NCBI GenBank assembly: GCA_964016885.1 | Contig: OZ024741.1 | Coordinates: forward strand, 41,602,001-41,666,000 | Reading direction: 5' to 3' | Source: Eledone cirrhosa | Lineage: Eukaryota | DNA length: 64,000 bases | Part shown: positions 42,442 through 54,679 of the stretch, piece by piece | Position numbering within the stretch: position 1 is the stretch's first letter | How the letters are laid out: every line of letters starts with the position of its first letter | Program-made: the position numbers and the translations under genes | The notes under the pieces: generated by a model | What the model saw: the letters and a program-made list of their open reading frames with translations, nothing else | What the model was told of the DNA's origin: nothing | Database searches by the model: none

Positions 42442-42689
42442 ATATGCATATGCTATAGGCGTACTTTGTTATTTATTATATCACGGCTCTGTCCTCAGAC
42501 ATCGAGCTAACCTTATACTGCCTGCTGGATAAGTGGAGTGTTATACACCCCTGATCCTCTCCCTAGTATACTATATATATATATATATATATACAGTCCT
42601 GCTCATATATATACATACAGTCCTCCTCATATATATATATATATATATACAGACCTCCTCATATATATATATACAGTACTCCTTATATA

Positions 42690-43713
42690 CAGGGTGCGGA
42701 CAATATTGTTCGCAATTTTCAGCTGCTAATTTTATGCAAATTGTTTTTACTTCCGTTGTCACTCTTCTCTTCATAAAAACAGTGACTATATTTCCAGTAT
42801 TTATTTTCAGAATAATTGATTATGAATAATTTTGAACCTCCAAATTTGTGGAAGAGACACGGAGTTCTTCTTGGAACCCGCGCCGGGAGGACAAATAAAG
42901 AAATTTCAGACTTCTGTAGAACAACAGGTGGTACACTGTCTCATCCAAATACATACCCAGAGTCATGCAGACAAAGTTTCCAGTGACAACATTGGTCTTA
43001 GATGTCGTCAGCAGTCAAGGTGATGTTATGCCACCTCACTTCTTCCCTGAGGGCCTCAAGCTGAACACCAATGGCTATATCCGCGTTCTGAGCAAAGTAG
43101 TAAAGCCCTGGATCGACCAGGTAGCTGCAGGTAGGCTGTACGTGTGGCAGCAATACTCAGTGCCCTGCCATACCAGCCGAAAGACCCAAGCCTGGCTGTC
43201 AGAGAACTTTGTCGACCACACTTCACCTGACATCTGGCCTCCCAGCTCGCCTGACTGCAACCCCCTCGACTTCTTTGTGTGGGGCGCAATGGAACGAGAC
43301 ACCAACAATACGAAAGACGATCTGAAGGCCAGGATCACAAGTGCCTTTAAGGGCCTAAGTCGGGGGACAGTGACGAAGGGCCACACAAAGAGGTCGAGGG
43401 GGTTGCAGTCAGGCGAGCTGGGAGGCCATATGTCAGGTGAAGTGTGATCGACAAAGTTCTCTGACAGCCAGGCTTGGGTCTTTCGGCTGGTATGGCAGGG
43501 CGCTGAGTCTTGCTGCCACACGTAGCCGGTTGCGAGTAGCCAGTTCCGAGGCCACCTTGAGGCCGTCATCAAAGCCAATTGTGGGTTTATCGAGTGAGAT
43601 CAAAAGAACAAGAGAAACTGACCGAAGTTTGATAAATATATCTTAAAAAATAAAACTACTGTGTTATTTTTTCCTAGACAGTAATCTTGCGAACAAATAT
43701 CGTCCGCACCCTG
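42690..43713 (+). mobile_element. Tc1/mariner DD37D (maT) element, internally deleted, with an inverted duplication
   Basis: TIRs CAGGGTGCGGACAATATTGTTCGCAA / TTGCGAACAAATATCGTCCGCACCCTG with TA TSD. N-terminus MNNFEPPNLWKRHGVLLGTRAGRTNKEISDF from 42822. Catalytic D-x37-D (QQDSAPCH...SPDCNPLD). C-terminus FRGHLEAVIKANCGFIE*. Confidence 0.93.
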
Positions 43714-45077
43714 TATATACAGTCCCCCTCATATATATATACAGTCCCCCTCATATATATATACAGTACTTATCATATATATATACAGTACTCCTCATAT
43801 ATATACAGTACTCCTCATATATATACAGTACTCATCATATATATACAGTCCCCCTCATATATATATACAGTACTTATCATATATATATATACAGTCCCCC
43901 TCATATATATATACAGTACTTATCATATATATATACAGTATTCCTCATATATATACAGTACTCCTCATATATATACAGTACTCATCATATATATACAGTA
44001 CTCCTCATATACATACAGTACTCATCATATATATATACAGTCCCCCTCATATATACAGTACTTATCATATATATATACAGTACTCATCATATATATACAG
44101 TACTCTTCATATACATACAGTACTCCTCATATATATATACAGTCCCCCTCATATATACAGTACTTATCATATATATATACAGTCCCCCTCATATATATAC
44201 AGTACTCCTCATATATATACAGTACTCCTCATATATATACAGTCCTCCTCATATGTATACAGTCCTCCTCATATATATACAGTACTCCTCATATATATAC
44301 AGTACTCCTCATATACATACAGTACTCCTCATATACATACAGTACTCATATATATATACAGTCCTCCTCATATATATACAGTCCTCATCATATATATACA
44401 GTACTCCTCATATGTATACAGTCATCCTCATATATATACAGTACTCCTCATATATATACAGTACTCCTCATATATATACAGAACTCATCATATATATACA
44501 GTACTCATATATATATACAGTCCTCCTCATATATATACAGTACTCATATATATATACAGTCCTCCTCATATATATACAGTACTCATCATTTATATACAGT
44601 ACTCCTCATATACAGTACTTATCATATATATACAGTCCCCCTCATATATACAGTACTTATCATATATATATACAGTACTCCTCATATATATACAGTACTC
44701 CTCATATACATACAGTACTCATATATATATACAGTCCTCCTCATATACATACAGTACTCATATATATATATATACAGTACTTATATATATATATACAGTA
44801 CTCCTCATATATATACAGTACTCCTCATATATATACAGTATTCCTCATATATATACAGTCCCCCTCATATATATATATACAGTACTCCTCATATATATAC
44901 AGAACTCATCATATATATACAGTACTCCTCATATACATACAGAACTCATCATATATATACAGAACTCATCATATATATACAGTACTCCTCATATATATAC
45001 ATAGAGTACTCTCATATACATACAGTACTTCTCATATATACATACATTGCTTCTTATATATACATACAGTACTCCTC

Positions 45078-45416
45078 ATCATCATCATCATCATCATTTT
45101 ACGTCCACTCTTTCCTGCTTGTAAGGGTGGGACGGGAACTGATGCTGGCTTGATTTCTACAGCTGGATGCCCTTCCTAACACCAACCTCATTTACAGTGA
45201 GTGCTGGGTGCTTTTTTGCCATGGCACCTCCACGACCACTTTGCAATGGAATGATAGGGGCCGCAGTCCCTATCATCTCATTTCTACAGCTGAGTAAACT
45301 GGAGCAATGTGAAATAAAGTGTCTTGCTCAAGGAAACAACACATCACCCGGTCTGAGAATTGAACTCACAACCTTTCGATTGCAAGGACAATGCTCTAAC
45401 CACTAAGCCAAGTGCC
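45078..45416 (-). mobile_element. SINE B with TSD CTCCTCAT
   Basis: Near-identical to 31204-31546. Confidence 0.92.
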
Positions 45417-45449
45417 TCCTCATATATATATATATATACAGTACTCACC

Positions 45450-45497
<48 letters not shown>

Positions 45498-45506
45498 TAC
45501 TCACCG

Positions 45507-45537
<31 letters not shown>

Positions 45538-45652
45538 TACTCACCATATATATATATATACATTCCTTCTCATATATATATATACATTCCTTCTCATATA
45601 TATATATATATATACATTCCTTCTCATATATATATATATACATTCCTTCTCA

Positions 45653-45691
<39 letters not shown>

Positions 45692-46203
45692 TCCTTCTCA
45701 TATATATATATATATATACATTCCTTCTCTTATATATATACAATCACAGCACACATTCATTCCACTTGTTATATAACTGGAAGTTTCACTAATTTTTACC
45801 TCCTTTTCTAGGATGCTGTACCAGACATTCTAATTGGTCGCTGGAGGGTGTTGTATAAAGAATAATAAATATAAATGCAATACTAAATGATATGAATAAA
45901 TCTAGTTTTACCATTCAGCACGAAAAGTTGAAAAGAAAAAAAAAATTGAAAATTTTATATTTATTATTACTATTATTACTATTATTATTATTATTATTTT
46001 GCTTTTCTTAGATTGAAATCAAAAGTATTCATTTTTCGTTTTTTTTTTTTTTTTAGGGGGGGGGGGGGCGGGGCTATGTCTTTAAAATGTAAATCTGGCA
46101 AAGGGAAAAAAGAAAAATTGCAATCTTTTTGACATAAGACCCTAGAAATGACATGAAGTTTAAATTGGTGCATGGTGTATATGTGTGCATATATATATAT
46201 ATT

Positions 46204-46690
46204 TATTTATTAAAATAACAGATTAAAGTTTAAGCAAAGAATCGCTGCTTTCACCCTTAACGGGATCTTCTGAAACTAACAAAGTCAATCTGTGAACGCA
46301 GAAGTGAATATTTAAAAAAACGTTGCAACCGGAGGAAGACAGGAAGACGATACTTTGGTTCGTGGAAACGTTCCCTGGCAAAGAACGGGAAAAATCGAAT
46401 ATAATACGTCATTAATAGGAGCGGTGAAAACAATTACACGCAAAGACAAAACCACGTTTATGGTATAAAAGAAGTCGTAGACTAATATTCTATTAGGTGG
46501 TTCATAGAGACGTTCTCTGGCAATGAACGGATAAAACGAAGATAATACGCCATATGTGGAGCATGGAGAACAATTGCACACAAAGACAAAACCACGTAAA
46601 TGGTTAGTTTAGTCGTAGACTATAAAATTCTAACTAGGAAACCGGATGATTCTCGGCTTCAGAGTTAAGAATAAAGTAAATAAAATACAA
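46204..46690 (-). mobile_element. CpG-rich island, probable pLTR with a degenerate hammerhead and an internal diverged dimer
   Basis: Minus strand CAGAAGA-TCCC-GTTAA-GGGT-GAAAGC, then AATAAA, then (TA)n; dimer at ~46368-46492 and ~46511-46632. Confidence 0.5.
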
Positions 46691-46959
46691 TACAGAGGTA
46701 ATAGAAATTAAATAAATACATACACGCATGCAAATACGTACATACACAAGCATACATAGGTATACAAATACATGCACATATAAATATGTGTGTGTGTGTG
46801 TGTGTGTGCGTGTATACTAATAATTAAATAAACGTATATAAATAAATAAATACGTATATAACTAGCGCACACACATACCTACATGTAAATACACAAATGT
46901 TATATATTTATCCTTATCGAGCCCTCTTTGGATTTTAGTCTTCAAATTTATTATTATTA

Positions 46960-47561
<602 letters not shown>

Positions 47562-47899
47562 TATGAGTATGTACACAAATATACACACATATCTATTCTC
47601 ACTGCCATATCAGAAAGCTGAGTGACAATGGAAAGTTAGAAGGATTCTCCCTTTCAATCATTTTTTTTTTCTATTATGTTATGAAAACATTATGTCAAGC
47701 AGTGAAGTAAATACATGACTAGAAACATACAGTGCTATATAGAAACAATACATTTGAAAAGGTTTTACATTGAAACAGTGTGAAGATACAATAGCTTCTA
47801 CTACTTTTGTATGTAATATAACAAATATATTTACACCTGCTGTAAAGATTTAAGCTTACAAATTTTAAGTAAGACTTGTCTTTGCTGAGTCTACATCAT

Positions 47900-48210
47900 T
47901 TCTGAAGACAAATGTTCCAGTTGTTCAATTAACAGAATAACTTGCCCATAAAATTACCTTGCAAGTGGCTGAGCATTCCACACATGTGTACCCTCAATGT
48001 AATTCTCAGGAAGATTCAGCGTAACGCAGTGTGTGAAATGCCCAACCCCTTGAATTACAAATGCAATTAAGTTTTTCCAACTGCGTCAACTGGAGCACCA
48101 TGAAATATAATATCTTGCTCAAGAACACACCACGCAAATGGAAATCAAATTCATGGCCTCCCTTGCGATGATGAACCAAACATCCAAACTATTAAGCCAT
48201 GTACCTTCAC
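47900..48210 (-). mobile_element. Degenerate CORE-type SINE
   Basis: CTTGCTCAAGAACAC core; homologous to 16790-17155. Confidence 0.65.
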
Positions 48211-48245
48211 AAGAGAAAGATTAGAAAAAAAAAACGTCAAATAAA

Positions 48246-48398
48246 TTTGAAACAATAATAAATATAGAAATATCTGCTTACGCTGTATTTTGACAAAATA
48301 AAGTTAGTCTGATAGTGGGGATTTAAAAAAACCCTCATTAGACTAACTTTATCTAGTCAAAATATGGCCTAAGCATATATTTCTACTTTAATTTCAAA
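48246..48398. mobile_element. Hairpin MITE
   Basis: TATTTTGAC..ATAAAGTTAGTCTGAT / ATTAGACTAACTTTAT..GTCAAAATA arms. Confidence 0.7.
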
Positions 48399-48469
48399 AC
48401 TTTGCTCACTATTTCATAAACAAAGCTTGCTTTGCCTCTCTCTAAATAATAAATATCTTTATAGGAAGA

Positions 48470-50790
48470 CTAGCATTAAAGCCCGGCGTTGCTCGGGGTC
48501 ATTAAGTTACCAAAGTTAGGTTGCAGCACTTTTTTGTCTGCCAGGCACTGGGTGAATGAATTGCAGACCTGGAAGCATGAGCTGCGCCAGCAGTGACAAT
48601 TGTAGTTTCGCCTATGGATATTATCTCTGTGCAAAAAAGTGTTGAAATTTATTGTTTCACAGTACTTGCGCAACACGCGCGTAGACGATGCCAGCCGAAC
48701 AACAGAGCTGCGATGGAGTTGTTCTGCATGGTTGTCTGTGTGTTTTCTAAATTTAAGACAGTAGGGAGGGTTGTGATATGAGGGAGGGTTGTGATATGAG
48801 GGAGAGTTAGCTGTTGTTTCTAGCAGGTTTAGTGACATCATAGAGGATATGTGTTTTCTAAATTTAAGACAGTAGGGAGTGGTGTGATATGAGGGAGAGT
48901 TAGCTGCTGTTTCTAGCAGGTTTAGTGACCTCATAGAGGATATGTGTTTTCTAAATTTAAGACAGTAGGGAGTGGTGTGATATGAGGGAGAGTTAGCTGC
49001 TGTTTCTAGCAGGTTTAGTGACCTCATAGAGGATATGTGTTTTCTAAATTTAAGACAGTAGGGAGGGGTATGATATGGGGGAGAGTTAGCTGCTGTTTCT
49101 AGCAGGTTTAGTGACATCATAGAGGATATGTGTTTTCTAAATTTAAGACAGTAGGGAGTGGTGTGATATGAGGGAGAGTTAGCTGCTGTTTCTAGCAGGT
49201 TTAGTGACCTCATAGAGGATATGTGTTTTCTAAATTTAAGACAGTAGGGAGTGGTGTGATATGAGGGAGAGTTAGCTGCTGTTTCTAGCAGGTTTAGTGA
49301 CCTCATAGAGGATATGTTTTCTAAATTTAAGACACTAGAGAGGGGTGTGATATGGGGGAGAGTTAGCTGCTGTTTCTAGCAGGTTTAGTGACCTCATAGA
49401 GGATATGTTTTCTAAATTTAAGACAGTAGGGAGGGGTGTGATATGAGGGAGAGTTAGCTGCTGTTTCTAGCAGGTTTAGTGACCTCATAGAGGATATGTT
49501 TTCTAAATTTAAGACAGTAGGGAGGGGTGTGATATGAGGGAGAGTTAGCTGCTGTTTCTAGCAGGTTTAGTGACCTCATAGAAGATATGTTTTCTAAATT
49601 TAAGACAGTAGGGAGGGGTATGATATGGGGGAGAGTTAGCTGCTGTTTCTAGCAGGTTTAGTAACCCCATTGAGGATATGTGTTTTCTAAATTTAAGACA
49701 GTAGGGAGTGGTGTGATATGAGGGAGAGTTAGCTGCTGTTTCTAGCAGGTTTAGTAACCTCATAGAGGATATGTGTTTTCTAAATTTAAGACAGTAGGGA
49801 GTGGTGTGATATGATGGAGAGTTAGCTGCTGTTTCTAGCAGGTTTAGTAACCTCATAGAGGATATGTGTTTTCTAAATTTAAGACAGTAGGGAGTGGTGT
49901 GATATGAGGGAGAGTTAGCTGCTGTTTCTAGCAGGTTTAGCAACCTCATAGAGGATATGTGTTTTCTAAATTTAAGACAGTAGGGAGTGGTGTGATATGA
50001 GGGAGAGTTAGCTGCTGTTTCTAGCAGGTTTAGTAACCTCATAGAGGATATGTGTTTTCTAAATTTAAGACAGTAGGGAGTGGTGTGATATGAGGGAGAG
50101 TTAGCTGCTGTTTCTAGCAGGTTTAGTAACCTCATAGAGGATATGTGTTTTCTAAATTTAAGACAGTAGGGAGTGGTGTGATATGAGGGAGAGTTAGCTG
50201 CTGTTTCTAGCAGGTTTAGTAACCTCATAGAGGATATGTGTTTTCTAAATTTAAGACAGTAGGGAGTGGTGTGATATGAGGGAGAGTTAGCTGCTGTTTC
50301 TAGCAGGTTTAGTGACCTCATAGAGGATATTATTGTTTATCATCTATATATATAAAACTGACTGCACGCGTAACGAAATTTACAGATACATATATTTTAA
50401 ATAAACTTATATAATTTTTGCTTTTTTTTACGAAATATTTGCTTGTTTTACGTAGTCTTTAAATAGACTTGTTTTCAAGTAAAAATTATTGTGTTAATGT
50501 CATTTTAAACGCTGAGAAAGCCAGCGTAATTTTTTTTATTTTTGCACGCAGACGCTCAATGTAAACAGAACAAAGGGAAATAACTGATCACTTATGCTCA
50601 AAAATCGATACATTATATTCGATTTCGTCAGATAGGGCGGGTCAATTTGAAATATTTTGTTTCCGATGTCTTCGCTAGGGCTCAATGTACAAGTATAGCA
50701 ATTTCGGTGCAATTCTGTGAGAGATTCTAAGAGGAGATGTGTGCCAAAAATCGATAGACAGACAGACAACCACAGTTTTATATATATAGA
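48470..50790 (-). mobile_element. Non-autonomous Helitron enclosing a 93-bp tandem array
   Basis: Minus strand starts A|TCTATATATATAAAACTG followed by (GTCT)n, and ends with the hairpin CCCGAGCAACGCCGGG then CTAG|T. Confidence 0.7.
48740..50330. repeat. 93-bp tandem array, ~17 copies (some 91-bp variants)
   Basis: Unit GTGTTTTCTAAATTTAAGACAGTAGGGAGTGGTGTGATATGAGGGAGAGTTAGCTGCTGTTTCTAGCAGGTTTAGTGACCTCATAGAGGATAT; 31-aa periodicity in the ORF track. Confidence 0.97.
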
Positions 50791-51179
50791 TAGATGTGGG
50801 CAATGAATGCAGAAGATATGCAAAAGAAGGAGAGAAACGAATTGAGCATGTTCTGTTGAATATGTAATGTTAGTTTGCATGAATAATGAAGCATGGATGA
50901 GATGAGAGAGAGAGAAAAACTGAACAAAAGAGGTATCAAAAGTTTTATAAAGGAAAGAAAATTGCATTGCTACAGACGTTCAAGAAAGTGAACTTCACAA
51001 AGCAAATGACAAAGCAAAGAATGCTGTGTAGGAGAGGACTTGCTTAACTTATGCAAGCAACGAAATATCAGGTAAAGTTGATAATGATGATGGTTACATC
51101 CATAATATTTGCCATATATACTGAGTCTTGTAATAAAATATCCCTTTTAGTTGTGTGATCACAAGCAGAACTTGGAAAC

Positions 51180-51285
51180 AAACTCAACTTGGTAAAGACT
51201 AATGTCCTAGTAAGTAGAAAGAAAAACAGGACCCAGATCCCTTCAGAGAAATGGCCTTGCTCAGAGTGCAAGCAAGGAGTGGAGA
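51180..51285 (+). mobile_element. RTE RT fragment at the start of the Cys-rich insert
   Basis: NLVKTNVLVSRK...PSEKWPCSECKQGV; corresponds to the region just upstream of RKGVGRNS in the 39183-40325 copy. Confidence 0.6.
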
Positions 51286-51622
51286 CACACACACACATTG
51301 AGAAGACACCCCATCCAAAGACACACACATGGAAACTAACACACGTAGACACACACATGGAGAAGACACCCAAAGACAACACACACACATACACACAGAA
51401 AGACAAACATATATACACATGGAGACATACACACATACACACAGAAAGGCCAAACATATATACACAGGGAGACATACACACATACACACAGGAAGGCCAA
51501 ACATATATACAGAGGGAGACATACACACATACACACAGAAAGGCCAAACATATATACACATGAAGACATACACATGAAGACATACACACATACACACAGA
51601 AAGGCCAAACTTATATACACAC
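51285..51622. repeat. ~40-bp CA-rich minisatellite (AGACATACACACATACACACAGAAAGGCCAAACATATATAC)
   Basis: Direct. Confidence 0.9.
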
Positions 51623-51934
51623 AAAATTGAAAGCATTTCAAAAACAATAACATAAACTAGTAAGATAATATTTCCAAGAACAAGAGAATATTTCAGTTTC
51701 AGCTGGACACTTTATGGTAATATCTGATCATGGTGACAGAATATGGCAGAGCTATGAAATAACAGGTGTTCACATCTAGTGCAGCTTGTTTCTTTTATCG
51801 CTGGTCATTTCTTTGCAATAATTTACATAAATTTCCTTCTCTATCTATCCCTCTCTCTCTATCTGTCTCTGTCTCTGTCTCCCTCTGCATGTATTAGGTG
51901 TCTGTTTATTATTAGTGTTGTTGTTATTATCATT

Positions 51935-52760
51935 ATTGGAATGTCTTCATGCGCTCATAGTCCTCGACCAATCGGGCAATGTGATCGGTGGAAACTCCAC
52001 CTTGGCATTCTATAGAAGATTAGTGGAGGGGAAGAGCAGCGACGTAGTTGGGGAAACTCTAGGCGTCGACGAAAATCAACTAGCCAATCTCTTCGGAAGA
52101 ACTTTCGGGCCGGGGCCTATGGACAACTTCCAGAAATCCCTGGCCTGGCAGTGCTACCGCGGAACTTTGCCAGTTTGGGATAAACTCTACAGGCATGGAG
52201 GTGCCGTCAGCCGGGCATGTCCGAGATGCGCGCAGGGCGATGAAACCATCCTGCATGCACTCGTCCAGTGTCCAAGCATTGCTGACTTGTGGGTTTATGT
52301 CGAACACCTGCTGTCACATGTAGGACGGATCCGGCTATCAGCTGGGTTCATCGTGAGGATTGCCCTGCCCTCTTCCTTTAGCCGGGAAGGGCAGGCAGTT
52401 TTTATCTGTCTGGTGACCATGGCGAAAGAGATAGTATGGTGGACACATCTGAAAGGGCTGAAGACGAGCACTTACCTCTTCGGTGATGCCCTGATTAACT
52501 TTTTCAAATTTCATTTGAAAAGGAAAATCAGGGTAGAGAGGGAAGTGCTCTCTTCCCAGCATTTTGTTGAAAGATGGGTGAGAGAGGCAAGAATGGCCCA
52601 TGTGAATGGGCCTACTCTGAGTATATGACTGTAAATTAAAGGTGGAAAACTGGGAGAGGGCACTTGCCCTGGTGGTCGGGGTGACCGTGGCTTTTTTAAT
52701 GGGCTTTCTCCACGAATGTCCCTCAGAAGTCTACCCCCCCCCCCCCATTGGGGAATTTTT
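51935..52760 (+). mobile_element. Tx1/L1-clade LINE 3' fragment (zf-RVT domain)
   Basis: FQKSLAWQCYRGTLPV...ACPRCAQGDETILHALVQCP...LW. Confidence 0.88.
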
Positions 52761-52950
52761 CATTATTTATTTTTTTGTTACATCCTCTGTTTTTGTTTTT
52801 TATACAATGGGGGATTTATAGCTTCTTTTGCACAAGTTTTTCCTTCCAATCTTCAATCAACTATTTCCATAGCTATAACTCTAGCATTTGTTTTCTTGTC
52901 TCACAGCATAGAATACTCTCTCTCTCTTTGTCACTCTTTAATATCAGCAT

Positions 52951-52981
<31 letters not shown>

Positions 52982-52989
52982 AGCATTTG

Positions 52990-53240
52990 GTGGCCTCAGC
53001 CAAAATCAACTCAACAACTGATCCACGTGGCTCTGTCATTCATTGCGATTGCCAAGTCCTGGATTTCAATAACAGAATCTCTAGAGATGACATCTGGATA
53101 GGAGAGCTTGTGCTCCCTGTTATTAGTGACTGCTTGTGGTTTCCAAAGCACTGAAGGGGACACAGCCTCACAGGTGGCATGATGGCAGTGGCCAGCAAAT
53201 CTTACTGGCGACATCTAACTTTGAGAGAGATATATGCCGG
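52990..53240 (-). mobile_element. RTE-type LINE C-terminal fragment
   Basis: VRFAGHCHH...VLWKPQ...LSYPDVISRD...DLAIAMNDRATW. Confidence 0.75.
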
Positions 53241-53359
53241 CCTCACATGCATATCTATCATTGCACTCCCTAATATAGTCCAACTCTACTATCCCAAGTA
53301 CCGAGTACTCTCCTGAGTAATGATCTTACTAGTTTAAAACTGGTAAAATACTGACCTAT

Positions 53360-53398
<39 letters not shown>

Positions 53399-53485
53399 TA
53401 AGTAAGTGTTTAACTACAATTTCATGTGGTTCACCATTCCAAACACTCGATGCTATTACATATATTTATATATATATTTACATAT

Positions 53486-53886
53486 GGAGGCACATGACTT
53501 AGTGGTTAGAGCATTGGCCTTGCAATCGAAAGGTTGTTAGTTCAATTCTCAGACTGGGTGATATGTTGTTTCCTTGAGCAAGACACTTTATTTCACATTG
53601 CTCCAGTTTACTCAGCTGTAGAAATGAGATGATAGGGACTGGGGTCCCTGTCATTCCACTGCAAAGTGGTCGTGGATGTGCCACGGCAAAAAAGCACCCA
53701 GCCCACACTGTAAAGTGGACGTGGAGGTGCCACGGCAAAAAAGCACCCAGCACTCACTGTAAATGAGGTTGGTGTTAGGAAGGGAATCCAGCTGTAGAAA
53801 TCAAGCCAGAATTAGTTCCCATCCCACCCTTGCAAGCAGGGAAAAGCAGACGTAAAATGATGATGATGATGATGATGATGATGATA
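53486..53886 (+). mobile_element. SINE B with an internal ~48-bp duplication
   Basis: tRNA head, core and RTE tail; (GAT)n. Confidence 0.92.
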
Positions 53887-54679
53887 TATATATATATACA
53901 GAATTCAGTTATATTACCCATTGCCACCTCTAATTCTCTCCTTCTATGTCTAAGTATTTAGTTCCCCTGTAGTCAGTACCAACCTAATTCAATACCCTTT
54001 ACCACAACATACATCTCAAAACTGAAATGTCACACAGATCAAGCTCAAAGTAAAGCAAATTTTCTGTCACATTTTATGTATTCTACAGTCAATATCATGC
54101 GCGTGTGTGTGAGCATGAGTGTTTGTTTACAATGTACAGATAAATGTTTGTGTGTGCATGTGCTTTATAAACAAGTACAGACAAATGCGTGTGTATGTAT
54201 GCCTGTATGTGTGTATGTATGTATGCATGTGTGTATGAATGTGTGTGTATATATATGTGTGTATATATGTATATGTACAATTAATCTTTCAAAGATATCG
54301 TTTGTAATTTTATTTTTACTATTCAAAGGGAAAATCTTTTTTAGATCTAAAAAATATTTAAAAAATAAATATATATTGTCGCTTTGTTCTTCTTAGAATA
54401 AAGTTATTCAGATAAAAAAAGAGTTATTGATTATGATCAAACAAATTTGTAGACAAAAATCTACAAATAAATTTTTAAAAATTAAGTTATATTTGATAAA
54501 AAAATTGTTTTCAATAGAGAGTAAGAGAAAGTAGGTGGAATATGTGAAAAATTCACTTGTTAGAATATGTCTAATGAAAGACACTGCCTATAATTTTCAA
54601 ATCATTTTGAAAATAAACTTGAATTTGGAGCGATTTAGTAATATAATTATTTTTCTCATTATTAAGCTGCTGTTAGTGC

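Larger units (their letters stand above)
41299..42480. mobile_element. Fold-back element with ~220-bp inverted arms, each containing a hammerhead (inverted pLTR-like)
   Basis: Arms ~41299-41528 and ~42260-42480 are near-perfect reverse complements; AT-rich spacer with a ~60-bp direct repeat (41529, 41609). Confidence 0.85.
40326..45735. repeat. Satellite of CAGTACTCCTCA(TA)n units with variants, interrupted by several elements
   Basis: Units visible at 40330-41222, 42590-42688, 43717-45077 and 45416-45735. Confidence 0.95.

Noticed and set aside
43687-45179. 488-aa and 308-aa ORFs
   Set aside because: Translations of the CAGTACTCCTCA(TA)n satellite
48476-50321. ORFs with 31-aa repeats, or a CRISPR-like array
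   Set aside because: Head-to-tail 93-bp units with no unique spacers, frame-breaking 91-bp units, no cas genes, eukaryotic context
53486-53560. tRNA gene
   Set aside because: This is the tRNA-derived head of a SINE, continuous with the SINE body; no proper acceptor stem or terminator. The same holds for the other SINE heads.
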